DNA of 64,000 nt. Origin: Eledone cirrhosa. Lineage: Eukaryota. The notes below the pieces were generated by a model. The model saw only the letters and a program-made list of their open reading frames with translations, did not search any database and was not told where the DNA came from. Below are positions 28,770-42,434 of the stretch, piece by piece. A program made the translations under genes and the position numbers. Each line of letters begins with the position of its first letter. The stretch's first letter is position 1. Location: assembly GCA_964016885.1 (NCBI GenBank), contig OZ024740.1, positions 282,286,001 to 282,350,000 of the forward strand, written 5' to 3'.

Positions 28770-31700
28770 TGTATCTAGGGGAGGACGACCCCTCTAGTCT
28801 TGGTTGACACTCTTCGTAGGAGTGGTAACTAGAAATGATGATCCCTTGGTGGTTAAGGATAAAACGCAACAAAAAAAAGCCAATGTCAAATGATAAAAAC
28901 TCATATCGGATCGGCCGTCACCCGGGTCAAAAAAGGCTGCGTCCCTCAGAGAGGAACCAGACTGGTGTCGAAAAATCAGCTAATGGTTCAAACCTTCCCA
29001 TCAATTCGGAGTTGGAGAACCCCCATAACCGGAATACTCCTACTGATGGCCCTCCATGCTCACCACCAAGAAATCCAAACAAAAAGAGAGAAAAATGGTC
29101 AAGGGAAGACAATAAAAAGTCCTTGAGGCTTTCTACACTGCCATGTACTACCCATCAAATAGATCGAATACAGAACAGACATATATCAACTGAAAAAAGA
29201 AACATCCTGAAAACAGAGGCTATATTGACAGTAACAAACTAGCCAATATACGAAGATATATTGTAAAAAAAAAGTCACTAATTGATATAGAAATTGATCA
29301 GATCAAGCTATTAGCACAAAGTCAGCGAAGGAAAAATAAAACATGTGTCAGTGAAAACAAAGTAAATTGTAACACTTTGAATTCCAGGGTCGGGGCGGAA
29401 TCACTGACAGCAGAACAAATTAAAGAAAGGATCGGAAAAGTGGAAGGTGTGCATGCTCAAGATGAAACTCAAAATGAAAACAATGAGATCATCAATGATA
29501 AAGAAATGAATGTGAATGAACTCGGCAACTTGAAGGATGAAATTATGATCGAATGGATGAAAATAAAAGAATCTGACATGGGGGAACGAGACACTCTCCC
29601 TAAGATCTAGAACTCCAAACAAAACCAAATGATAATACACAAGACTAACATAGCTCTCAAAAATATTATCATCACAAATAAACTAAACATTACTAATCTC
29701 TACTATGTATCGGCTACAGTCACCATTCACTTATGTGGAGTGAAAATGAAAAAAACAAAAGAATTCCCACAAACACCCTACTTGGCAAGACAACATCAAT
29801 CGCCAAATAAACCTTCTCCGATCTGACATACTACATCTGCAAACTACAAAATAGGTGAACATGTTAAACAAACTAAACTCGGAAACTTGAAAAGAAAATA
29901 CAATATAACATCAACAAGCGACATAGACATGCTGATAGAAACAATCAAGCAAAAAGTGTCGGCCAAAGCTGCTCGTATAAGGCGCTTTGAAAAACGCTCT
30001 AGATTCTATAACGACAAAAATATGTTCAAAAACAACCAAAAAACCTCTATAGAAAAATTGGCAAGTCAACAATAACTGCTAAAGCAATACCACCCAAGGA
30101 GGAAGTGCAAGCATTCTGGGAAAAGATCTGGGCCGAAGAAAAAGTTCATTATATACATGTCCCATGGATAGACAGATAAATGAAAGATACAGCTCACTTT
30201 GAGGAACAAACATGGGAAATATAACGGTTGACCATCGTTTAGCTCTTAGAAAATCCAGAAAATGGAAATCCCCAAGGAAAGATAAAATACCAAATGTTTT
30301 GATAAATGCCTTCACAGAGTCTGTTAGCCCAAATTTACAATGAAATGGTTAAGGAGACAAAAAAGATACCATCGTGGCTAGTTAACGGCATTACATTCCT
30401 GCTCCCGAAGAATGATGAGACAAATAATCCCCCAAATTACAGACCGATAACTTGTTTGAGCACAATGTATAAAATCTTAACATCAGTCCTAACTGAATAT
30501 ACATATGACCACCTGATAACAAATGATCTATTTCCCAATGAGCAGAAAGGGTGTAAACGAGGCTCATATGGCTGTAAGGATCAGCTTTTGGTTAACAAAA
30601 TGATCCTGGAAGATTGACATAATAGACATAAAAATCTATCAATTCCTTGGATAGATTACATAAAAGCATTCGATAATTTGCCACACAGTTGGATTGAAAA
30701 GTGTTTAGAGATTTTCAAAATATCTCCCGTTGTCAGGAGGTTCCTGTCATTCCAAACATGGAAAACAACGCTCCTTTTGAATAGTGAAAAGAAATCACTG
30801 GAAGCTGGAGAAGTTAATATTAATTGTGGAATTTTTCAGGGTGACTCTTTATCACCGCTTTTATTCTCCATTGCACTTATACCATTAAGTAAAATGCTCA
30901 ATGAAACAAAATATGGAGATAAAGTCTATGACAAAACCATTAATCACTTGTTCTACATGGATGACCTGAAACTATTTGCAAAAAGTGATGAACAATTGTA
31001 AGGGCTATTATCCACTGTGGAGCAGTTCAGTGATGACATTAAAATGGAGTTTGAACTAGATAAATGCGCCAAAGCCACGTTCACCAGAGGAAAGCTGCTG
31101 AGAAGTTCAGACATTAATCTTGATCGGAGGAATGTGATAAGAGAACTTGATGAAGAGGAAACTTACAAATATCTAGGTGTTTGTGAAGGAGACGGAATCA
31201 AGCACTCGACAATGAGGGAAAGGATAAGGAAGGAATGTTACCGCAGAGTAAGAGAAATCTTAAGAACGGAGTTGAATGCAAGGAATAGGATTGATGCCAT
31301 AAACACCCTTGCCATACCAGTAGTAAGCTACAGTTACAATGTCATCAACTGGTGAAGCACAGAGATCCGTAGCCTCGATACAAAAATTAGAAAATTCTTA
31401 ACCATGCACAGAATGCATCACCCTAAGGCAGATACAGATAGAATATATCTCCCTAGGAAAGAAGGAGGACGTGGATTATTCCAGTTAGATATTGCTTTGA
31501 AAACTGCAATAATTGGATTATCTACATATCTGATTGGATGATCAAACTCGAAAGCATCAAAAGATCATACTCCATTACAAAAGATGCACAAAGATACAAT
31601 AATGAATTACACATTTCAGAAGTTCCCTTTACTGCTGAAATGAAAAAACACAGAAAAAGCAAAGCAGGTAAAAGTAACTGCAAAGAAAGAAATGCTACAG

Positions 31701-32610
31701 AAACTGGCTAAGAATGGCAAGAAAAGCCTCTGTATGGAAAATACCCAAAAAGAGCTAACAATCCTGATGTTGACAAAACTTTAACCCATCAGTGGTTGGC
31801 ATCCTCTGGACTGAAATCGAAGACTGAAGGACTGATTATATCAGCACAAGATCAGTGTCTCCCAACAAAAAAATTATCAAACCAACATAATAAAAAATGG
31901 ACGCAACCCATTATGCCGTGTATGTAAAAAGCAACCAGAGACCATTGATCCTATAATTTCAATGTGCAGTCCTATAGCTCCATCCGAATACCTAAACAGG
32001 CATGACAGAGCTTCACAATACATACACTGGGCAATGTGTAACCATTTTGACCTGCCCCATCAAAAGAATTGGTGGGAGCATCAACCACCTCCCGTACTTG
32101 AAAAAGATCACATCTCAATCTTGTGGAACTTTAGCATCCAAACAGACCGAATAATAGATGCAAATAGACCTGATATAATACTGAAGGACTTTAAAAAGAG
32201 GGTATGACTGCTAATTGATATGTCCGTTCCAATAGACAAGAATGTATCTATAAAAACATTTGAAAAATTGAGCAAGCATAAGGACCCTGAGATAGAAATT
32301 GGAAAAATGTGGAAGTTGAGAAGTAAAACAATACCAGTAGTTGTAGGCGCTCTAGGAATGATACCTAAGGGGTCTAATGATTACTTATCCCAAATCCCAG
32401 GAAACCCGCGTATAGAAGAAATACAAAAGATTGTACTAAGGAAGATTCTGTCAATATAAATACATCACAAGTCTAAACACCTGAAGATGCATGTGTGTGT
32501 ATGTATGTTCTTTCTTGAACGTGGCGGACCTTGTTATCTCTTGAGGTCACTGGTTGTGACCTGGTGATAACTCGTATGAACATAAAACAAGATAAATGCA
32601 ATAATAAGTT
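28770..32610 (+). mobile_element. R4/Dong-type non-LTR retrotransposon (RT + CCHC + restriction-like endonuclease), pseudogenised
   Basis: YRPITCLSTMYK, GIFQGDSLSPLLF, FYMDDLKLFA, CRVC..ETID, RHD, RPDII; many stops and frameshifts. Confidence 0.88.
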
Positions 32611-33003
32611 TTACAACTATTTTGTTTTGTTGTTGTTGATGTTTTAAACTGGTCCTGATCTTGTTATATATTTTATAGTCTTGCTATACTGATATTTAGA
32701 GCATATTTTAATGATTACATCGACTTAATAACCATCTACTTCTCATTTATGTGTACTTCTTCATTTGGAGAATTTTAAACTTTTGATATTTTTCCTGGCT
32801 ATATCACAAAATCTTGGAATGATTTAATTTCATATTAATGGCATTTATAACATCAGCAATTTCTTTAATATATCAAATTTTGAACTAAATGTTTCTTATA
32901 TCCATAGAGAAGACATGCATGTTTTACGAAACTAGCACTCATACATATTACTGAAGAGCAGCTATAGATTCCAGAGACATATGCAGCTTAATATTATAGC
33001 ATT

Positions 33004-33132
33004 CCAGCATAGTTACGTCCCTTTACGATCTTAGTTCAAATCCCGCCGAGGTTGACTTTGCCTTTCATCCTTACGGGGTCGATAAAATAAAGTACCAGTG
33101 ATTGCTGTCCTTGTGCCTAAAGTAGAAACAAT
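33004..33132 (+). mobile_element. SINE family 1
   Basis: Same body sequence. Confidence 0.85.
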
Positions 33133-33859
33133 TATAGCATTGGCACCAACTGTGTCATAATTTGTGTCGACGTCCTCCCCCCCCTCTTCCTTCGATCCCT
33201 CCTCCTCCTCTCCTCCTCATCCTCTCTTCTTCTTCCTCCTCCTCCTCCTCCTCATCTCCTCCTCCTCCTCCTCCTCCTCCTCTCCTCCTCCTCCTCTCTC
33301 ACCTCATTATCATCGTCATCATCATCACCATCATATGATTTCCTAACATTTACTGGACTTGTTGATTATAATTTTATAAACATCCTTTGTAATGAACTGG
33401 AAATGTTTAGGAGTGTTATTTCAACGAGATTCCATTATCGTTAGGCTTTTGAAACCAACAAGTGCATGACTATCAAGTTGAAATCTATTATAATGTTATT
33501 AAGTGGTCATCATTACTTCCGGAATGCATTTAAATAGATTTACTCCTCCACTCCTTTCAGGATGTATTGAGGACTTTAGAATTCAACATATAGAAACAGG
33601 AACCAGGAATAGTATAATGCTTTTGTTTAGATAATAAAACCAAACATTCTATACAAAAGAAAAACCTTCATGCTTCTCTGAATGTTATGGATATGCAGCA
33701 ATCGTAAAAGAATGACTTATAAAGTAAATAAATATTCTAGAACGAATTTATCAATAGATATTTACTTACGTTTCCAGTAATATTTGAAAGATGCTTAATT
33801 CATGTAGCATTAAAGCAGCAAACTAGCAGTTGATAAACGTCGGATAGAATGCCTTGTGG

Positions 33860-34090
<231 letters not shown>

Positions 34091-34849
34091 CCCCCTCTGG
34101 AAGAAATCTGCGTTACAATGTTTATATTAACGCGAAACGACATCAGAATAACTAACATAAATTATAACTAAAATAACCAAATGTATGCGATTAATATTTC
34201 CTGTATTTTATTTTCTGTGAACACTCTCGTTAAAGATATGGATATATCGCTCTGTTCTGTAATTAGCATTTGACTCATTGACAGTGGACGTCGTTATTCT
34301 CTGTAGTTTTGTTTCTGAATTTGTAATTACTGCAATACAAGTTTTTATTATTTTCCCACAATTGTTTGTCTCTATAATTCCCTGCCTCTTTACGAAACAT
34401 AATGGATTACAAAGGGAAGAGACGATACAGAACAAAGAAGGCATAGTTTAAAGAAAACGAAGATAATGCAGAACACGAAACTTTTCGCAATGCCACGAAA
34501 TCCCTCTGGAAAATTATATTGAACTGGACGTGATGAGAGGTTCAATAAATTTAACAGTAAAATAAGGAAGCATTACACCGTGTAACATATTTTTTGTTCC
34601 CCGGTTCTAAGTGCCATTTCATGGTTTGTTATATCCTATTATTATTAAAAAAATACTATCTTTTAATCAGAAGTTTGAGTTTGATATTTCGAAATTTTCA
34701 TATTTTTCAAGAAAAAACATTTTAAAAAAATGTATCAGTTCATATAATTAAATCAACAGAGTATATATTTATTTTATTACACAAGCTTATCAAAAGCAAA
34801 CAAGTAAAAACAAATAACACTTATAAAGCAACTTATACACGTCAGAAAT

Positions 34850-35962
34850 GACTGGATTTCCTGGATTGGCGGTTGTAGTCCAGGTCGCATTCCCGCACTA
34901 GCCTCCAGATATAGTCCCCATCATTTTTTCATTGTAGTCGCCCTGGTATCTCCGCTCTAACTCTTTCACATCTTGGTGGAATTGTTCGCCTTGTTTTTCT
35001 GAGTAGGCGCCCATATTGTCCTTGAACTTTTCCAGGTGAGCATCCAGCATATGAAGTTTAAGCGACATCCTGCATCCCATGGCGCCAAAATCCTTTATCA
35101 GATCCTGCACCAGTTGCTGGTAGTTTTCAGCTCTGTAGTTGCCCAGGAAGCCCTTAACAACTGCCTTTAAACAGTTCCATGCTGTTCTCTCAATCCTATT
35201 GAGCTTATTGGAGAACTCGGTAGACTCAAACACCTTCTTTATCTGAGGTCGAACAAAAATTCCACCTTTGATTTTGGCCTCAGATAACTTGGGGAAGAAC
35301 TCAAGAAGGTACTTAAAAGCGGCTGATTCTTGGTTGAGAGCCTTCACAAACTGCTTCATCAACCCCAACTTAATGTGCAGTGGCGGCATGAGCACAATCC
35401 TGAGATCAACCAGTGGCTCCCACATAACGTTCCGGGTACCAGTTCGCTGCTACCAGTTCTTTCTTTTTTAGTGGTCAGAGGTGGCTCTGCTGTCCCAAAG
35501 GCAGAGGAAGCATTGGAATTTGCTAAAGCCTCCTTGGAGTCCAAGTAGGAAAGCCACCATCTTGACGTCTCCAATGATTTCCCAATTGTACTGGTTGTAT
35601 TGCAGAGCTTCCAAGAGGACTTTCACACTGTAGTAACCTTCCTTCAGGCAAACTGAATGAGCTAGGGACAGTGTCGGGAACTTGTTTCCATTGTGGAGGA
35701 GGACAGCCTTCAAACTTGTGGTGGAGCTGTCTATAAATAGCCCCCACTCCTAAGAGTGTAGAAGCCCGAGAAAGGTTCTTCCTCCTTGACCAAGTTCCAC
35801 TGTTTCATCCTGGAGACGAATAGCTCTGCATTGGACTTCCCATATCCCAGACCAAGTCATTGACTTCTTTTTGGTTTGGGAAGTGAGGAACTTTTTCTGG
35901 TACCTCAGGCAGGTAATCCAAGTCATCAGCATCCATCTCCTCCTCTTCATCAGAATACTTGT
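34850..35962 (-). pseudogene. Frameshifted transposase
   Basis: ORFs 35468-35713 and 34898-35425 are consecutive parts of one transposase; putative GT-AG intron at 36082-35963. Confidence 0.8.
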
Positions 35963-36256
35963 CTTTGAAAATAAATTAGATATGCAATACAAAATAAATA
36001 TTGGAAAGGGTAATACATATTTAAATAATATAAAAGAACACTAATCATACTAATGAAAATTCGTGCTTAAAACACAACTTACCCTTTATTCAGGGTGTGA
36101 AAATCCAATATCAATAAATCTCTTTAATCCACTTTTTAACAATTTTATACTTTATTGCACTTTTCTTTAGGTATTTTAATTTAACCTGAAACATATAAAA
36201 AAATCATTTAACATAAGCAAATTAAACTTACATACAACGTAAAATCCAGCTTACAA

Positions 36257-36385
36257 ATAATTGTTTCTACTTTTGGCACAAGGCCAGCAATTACCCAGTA
36301 CATTACTGGTACTTTATTTTATCGACCTCGTAAGGATGAAAGGCAAAGTTAACCTCGGCGGGATTTGAACTCAGAATGGCAAGGG
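36257..36385 (-). mobile_element. SINE family 1 inside the DNA transposon
   Basis: Flanked by GCTTACAAATAAT repeats; junction tandemly duplicated. Confidence 0.85.
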
Positions 36386-36822
36386 CTTACAAATAATGCT
36401 CAGAATGGCAAGGGCTTACAAATAATGCTTAGAATTTTTACAAAGCCAAACTTTTAAGTGTTTAATACCACTCTTTTTTTATTTGGGACTTAAGCAACAC
36501 ACAAAAAAAAGTGATTACAAGCCAGGAACAGCGAAACATTTTTTTTGTTACACGGTGTTATTTTTGTTCATTTACACTTCTTTTTCTTCTTATCATTTTC
36601 TTTTCTTATGATAGCACGTTTTAACATTTAAATTTAAGCACCCTAACAGACGTCGGATTATTAATAGAGAACGTAACCATCGATGCAATATCATAAAAAT
36701 ACTATGGCGAAATTATTCTTAATTCAGAAAGATGATGATCTGTCAAAAACTGCTAAAGTGAACATTACATTCAGTATTTTGTTTTGGAATGCAATTATTT
36801 TCTTACTAACAAAACTATAAGC

Positions 36823-37015
36823 TAATAATTGTTTCTACTTTTGGCACAAAGCCAGCAATTATCCAGTACATTACTGATACTTGATTTTATCGACCTCGTA
36901 AGGATGAAAGTCAAAGTTAACCTCGGCGGGATATGAACTCAGTTTATAAAGGGCCGTAAATCTCTGCTGCAAAGCATGGCGTCCGACCCTCTTCCGATAC
37001 TGCCAATCCACTGTG
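36823..37015 (-). mobile_element. SINE family 1
   Basis: Same body sequence. Confidence 0.85.
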
Positions 37016-37029
37016 GAAATGACAAGGAA

Positions 37030-38180
37030 CGCTATGTATGTTCTTTGGGTTTTATAATTTCACATATTTTTACCAATAGAGAGAGTCGGTTTCTAACATA
37101 GACACAATACTCTTTCATGGAATTTACACAACATCAACAACTAGGTAGATATGCATGCATGTCTGCATGTATGCATGTGAGTGCAGGTATGGATGTTATT
37201 GTATGTGTCGATGTGTATGTTTGAGTTATAAGTGTGCATGTGTATATGCTTTGTATCTGTACATGTGTAGTTATTAGATGCAGGATTTTTGGAATGTTTT
37301 GCATATTTTAACTGTACCATTAATGGATTGTACTTGTAATTTCCTAACTACTCGTGTTCTATATCAGTTTTTTGTATCAGTAGCCGACAATTAAGTCTCT
37401 TCCTGGTGTTTTCTTATACTGGAGCTTTCCTATCACAGTCTCAAGTACCCTCACTTATTTCGTATGTTTTTATTGTAGTGCAGCAGCAATAGTTCTTTCG
37501 GATTTCTTTTAGCCACACTGCATCTTGGTTGAAATTCTTCTTTTCACCCCATGTTTTTCTCCATAAGGAATCTCTGTCTTTCTGGGATGGGGCCTCAGTG
37601 ACATTTATTACTTTGCCCTTCATATCTCTATAGACTGATGTTTGATTCCGTCTGAATCTTTTATTTAGTACTTTTCTTTCATCTACCCTCTTCAGGTATC
37701 GGCGTTTCTCGCTGACAACTCTCAATTCTTGTTTGAGGGTGATCAGCTTATATTGAAGGGTTCTGGTTGTACTGTCACCAAACAGTGTTTCTATTTTATT
37801 TTTGACTCTTTGTTGGTGAGGGGGGAATTTTTTTTTTGTTTGCATGTAAGGAGCATTGTCACATATCCTATTGTTTTTCGTAGGTCAGCAATCTTTTTTT
37901 CTATTTTAGTTATATATGATGGTATTTTTGGTGGTGTTTTGTTCTTGTTAATATCTCTGCTATCACCAAGATAATGCTTCACTGTCGTTCCTAGCGTAAA
38001 CAGGCGTTGATTTGCCAAAATGTGTTGGTTTTTAATTCGTCGTCAATATTCATCCCCTATTTCGTCAATAGCCCGTAAGATTTCGTTATTTTATTTTATT
38101 TAGTATTGTTGTTTTATTACGTTCAGCAAGAGAAATGTTTATACATGAGTTAATTTCTCTCTGGAAGATTTCATTGATGG
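37030..38180 (-). mobile_element. Older R4/Dong-type copy (3' end plus internal fragment)
   Basis: 37030-37370 resembles 38300-38630; ORF 37441-37845 has the NKRFRRNQTSVYR..LWRKTW pre-RT motif. Confidence 0.7.
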
Positions 38181-38228
38181 AAAATTTCAATTGTTTATAC
38201 TATTGATTATTATTATCAATAGGGTATT

Positions 38229-39330
38229 ATGTATGTATGTATGTATGTATGTATGTATGTATGTATGTATGTATGTATGTATGTATGTATGTATGTATGT
38301 ATGTATGTTCTTCTGGTTTTATAATTTCACAAAGTTTTACTTTTACCAAGAGAGAGAGAGTCGGTTTCTAACATAGACACAAGACTCTCTCATTGGAATT
38401 TAGACAACATCAACTAGGTAGATATGTATGTATGCATGCATGTGTAGATATGGATGTTATTGTATGTGTGAATGTGTATGTTTTGAGTTGTATGTGTGCA
38501 TGTGTATATGCTTTGTTTCTGTACATATTTATATGAAGTTATTAGATGCAACATTTTTGGAATGTTTTACATATTTTTACTGTTCCATTAATGGATTGTA
38601 CTTGTAATTTCCTAACTAGTTGTGTTCTTTCTGTTCATGTGAAGCCTAGATTTTCAAGATTTGTATTGACGCAGTTACTAAAATACACCAGTGCCCCAAT
38701 AATCACAGGCATAAATCTGAAAATGTAATCAGGGTGGAGTGTCTGCAGATTTCTCATCAGTTCTGCATAAATATTCTCCTTTTCACTAATCTTTGATATT
38801 ATATTGGCATCTGCTGGGCAGCTAATTTCTACTACTGTGCATGTTTTCTTCTCCCTGTCCCATATCATAATATCTGGTCTGTTATGCCTGCATTTTATTG
38901 GTGTTTTTACTGGAACATTCCACCAGTACTCTTTCATATTATGTACATGGATATCTTCCACATTGTTGTAGCTTTTAATGTGTTTATTATCGGGGCTATC
39001 CTTTTTACGAACTGCATTGTACAGTGTTTTGGCCACTACATCATGCCTCTTAGGTAAATAGTACCGCCATGACATCTTTGGACAGCTGCTGATGACATGA
39101 TCGATATCCTCGATGTTAGTTCTGCAGAGTCTGCACTTGTTATCACATCTAGGTGTTTTGCCTGCATCCCTATCTCTTTTTTGAATCAGGTTTTTGGTGC
39201 TAATCCCCTGTTCCTGGATTGCAAAAGCGTACCTTCAAAGTGGGAGCCAATATAGCGGTTGTTGGTCCAAGATAGACTACTTTCCTTATCTATATTACTC
39301 TCACTCTTGAGCTTCCTGACAACATATCCA
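38229..39330 (-). mobile_element. R4/Dong-type LINE, 5'-truncated, (CATA)n tail
   Basis: CRLCRTNIEDIDHVISSC, RHDVVAK, NRPDIMIWD..VEISCP, PVIIGAL. Confidence 0.88.
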
Positions 39331-39411
39331 TGTATGTATGTATGTATGTATGTATGTATGTATGTATGTATGTTATTCTGGTTTTATAATTTCACAAAGT
39401 TTTACTTTTAC

Positions 39412-41965
39412 TAAAAATGTGAAGAGGACATTGGAAGAAGAGATGCAGGCTGCAGATCTTGGTGAGGATTGGCCGACCCTTAAAAAGTCGGTTTATGATG
39501 TAGGCAGACGTGTTCTGGGATTGGTGCAGAGAAAACATCAGGACTGGTTTAATGAGAAAGATGTGCATATAGATGACTTGTTGGCTGATAAGAGGCGCGC
39601 TCTGTCACGCTACTTGACGGCAAAACCACAGGAGAGGAATACGTTGCATGAGGAGCTCAGGGATGTAAAATCACGTGTTAGGCGGAGTCTTTCTCAGATG
39701 AAGGATCAGTGGTGGAGTGAGAAGGCTGGTGAGATACAAACTGCGTCTGATTGCAATAACACAAAGCTGTTGTACAGTCTCTTGCGTGAGGTTTATGGAC
39801 CGTCTTCTTCTCTGGTGACACCGATTCGCAGCAAGGATGGCAAAGAACTTCTTCGTGACTCACAGGGAATTCTACGAAGGTGGCGAGAGCACTTTGATGA
39901 TCTTTTGAATCAGCCGTCTGTCGTCAGTGAAGATTTCCTCAATCTCATTCCGGAAAGTCCTGTGAAAGTAGCTCTCGCAGAACCTCCGACACTTGTGGAG
40001 GTTGCAGTGGCTATTTCGAAGCTGAACAGTGGAAGATCTCCAGGTATGGATGGCATACATGCTGAGCTCCTACAATATGGTGGTGAGAGACTCCTGCAAC
40101 ATCTTCACTCTCTGTTTGGAAGGATATGGGCTAATGAATCCGTGCCTGAGGACTGGAGAGATGCAGTAATGGTGGTCTTGTACAAGGGAAAGGGTAACAG
40201 GAATGATTGTGGGAACTACAGAGGTATATCATTGCTTTCTGTCGTGGGGAAAGTTTTATGTAGGGTGCTTCTGGACCGTCTGCTGACACACATTGCAGAT
40301 TGTGTCCTTCCTGAAAGCCAATCTGGTTTTCGTGTTGGACGCGGCACTACTGATATGATCTTCTCAGCTAGACAGCTCCAGGAGAAGTGCATTGAACAGG
40401 GCTTGGATCTGTATCAGGTTTTTGTCGATCTGACAAAGGCTTTCGATACTGTCAACAGAGATGCATTATGGCAGGTTCTCCAGAAACTTGGTTGCCCTGA
40501 TAAGTTCCTTGCTTTAGTTAGGTCTTTCCATGACGACATGAAGGCTTGGGTTAATGTCGGAGGTAACATGTCGGAGCCTATCTCAGTAAAAAATGGAGTG
40601 AAACAGGGGGATATTCCAGCACCGACCCTGTTTGCCATATACTTTGCAATGGTTTTCTGTATTGCATTCAGGAATTGCGAGCATGGTGTTTACATCCGAT
40701 ATCGAACCTCAGGCAGCATATTTAACATCAGGCGCTTTGCTGCGAAGACAAAAGTATTTACATCAGTCATAAGAGACCTCTTGTATGCAGATGATTGCGA
40801 TCTTGTAGCGCACACAGAGAGTGATATGCAGCACATTTTGAATGTATTTTCTGACGCTTGCACTGCCCTGGGTTTGACTGTCAGTCTCAAGAAAACCGTC
40901 GTCATGTACCAACCTGCACCTGGTGGGCAGTACACTGAACCAAACATCTATGTGTATGGCAAACGACTTGGAGTGGTTGATCAGTTTGTCTACCTGGGAA
41001 GCACTGTCAATCGATACGGCAACCTTGACAGTGAAATCTCACTTAGGATTAGGAAAGCAAGTGATGCTTTCGGAAAGCTAGAAAGGCGACTCTGGGGTCG
41101 GCGAGACATATGCAGGAGGACAAAGGTAAAGGTGTACAGGGCATGTGTACTCTCTTGTCTTCTTTATGCCTGCGAGACCTGGGTCACATATCGACGCCAC
41201 CTTAAGCAATTGGAGCGTTTCCATCAGATGTGTCTCAGACGGATACATGGCGTTCGCTGGAGGGACCACATCAGTGATGTCGAGATTTTGGAAAGCTCTA
41301 TGTGTGACAGTATAGAAGCTCTTGTGCTTAAGCAGCGACTCCGTTGGAGTGGTCACCTTGCCAGGATGAAGGATTCTAGAATACCAAAACAACTCTTCTA
41401 TGGAGAGTTGGTTAAAGGAAAACGACCGCCACATAAACCAAAAAAGAGGTATAAGGATTCCTTGAAGGCCTCTCTGAAAGACGCTAACATCTCTGCTGAT
41501 ACATGGGAAAATATTGCTGCTGATCGTAATAAATGGAGAAAGACTGTATATGAGGGAAAAGTTGCCTTTGAGGCATCTCGAATCGCACACGAGAAAGTAA
41601 AGCGGGACGTGAGGAAGGGTATTGCTGTTGCACTTCCAGACGGCGAGGGTCCTCCTATGTTTCTGACATGCAGCGTCTGTGCGAGACTCTGCCTAAGCAA
41701 AGCTGGACTCGAAAGTCATCTTCGCAGTCATAAAGTAAGACCAGTGGTTGACTACCAGGCTGCTGTTGGAGATGCTACTCATCATGCTTGCCAAACATGT
41801 GGTAGAGAATGTAAATCAGCAGGAGGACTCAAGCGACATGCAAAAGTACACGAACTCCAACCACAGCCGACTATTCCCAGTAAATGTTTTGGTTGCCGAC
41901 TCTGTGCAAGACATTTTAGATCATTGGCTGGGCTAAAAAGCCACATTCGATCGCAGCACTGTTAG
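39412..41965 (+). CDS. RTE LINE ORF: RT + three C2H2 zinc fingers (APE domain absent); the listed ATG at 39338 lies in a microsatellite
   Basis: NYRGISLLS, FVDLTKAFDTV, GVKQGD, LLYADDC, FVYLGS; CSVC..HLRSH, CQTC..HAKVH, CRLC..HIRSQH. Confidence 0.92.
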
Positions 41966-41973
41966 TTGCTATC

Positions 41974-42015
<42 letters not shown>

Positions 42016-42094
42016 GCTTATGTGCGTGCGTGTGTGTGTATATATATATGAATATGTATATTATTATTGTTGTTGTCGTTATTATTATTATTGC

Positions 42095-42137
<43 letters not shown>

Positions 42138-42259
42138 GTTATTAATGTATGTGTGTATATATGTGTGAGTGTATGTGTATGTATGTGTGTGTGTATATAT
42201 GTATGTATGTGTATGTATGTGTGTGTGTATATATACGTGTATGTATATATATATGTATA

Positions 42260-42292
<33 letters not shown>

Positions 42293-42323
42293 CTTTTCCC
42301 TTTTTTTTATTTTTTTTTTTTTT

Positions 42324-42371
<48 letters not shown>

Positions 42372-42434
42372 TTTTTTTTTTTTTTTTTTTTTTATTGTGC
42401 AATGGCCATACTCGATAACGAGGGGGCAGCCATC
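39412..42434 (+). mobile_element. RTE-clade LINE, 5'-truncated, 54-bp TSD (39358-39411 = 42435-42488)
   Basis: Uninterrupted ORF; 3' end GGCCATACTCGATAACGAGGGGGCAGCCATC; 3' UTR expanded by microsatellites. Confidence 0.92.

Larger units (their letters stand above)
34576..36557 (-). mobile_element. Chapaev3-like (CMC) DNA transposon, internally deleted, with TIRs and TTA TSD
   Basis: TIR CACCGTGTAACA (34576) / TGTTACACGGTG (36557); TTA on both sides; transposase motifs PPLHIKLGLMKQFVKAL, EQFHQD, IIGDVKMVAFLLGLQGGFSKFQCFLCLWDSRA. Confidence 0.8.

Noticed and set aside
28745-28835. Possible HDV-like pseudoknot at the 5' end of the R4/Dong element
   Set aside because: The putative P1 5' strand is L1 coding sequence, L3 lacks the UCC motif and J4/2 lacks the catalytic C; only two simple hairpins are supportable
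41670-41965. Host C2H2 zinc-finger gene
   Set aside because: Fingers are in frame with the RTE RT and lie inside the TSD-bounded element
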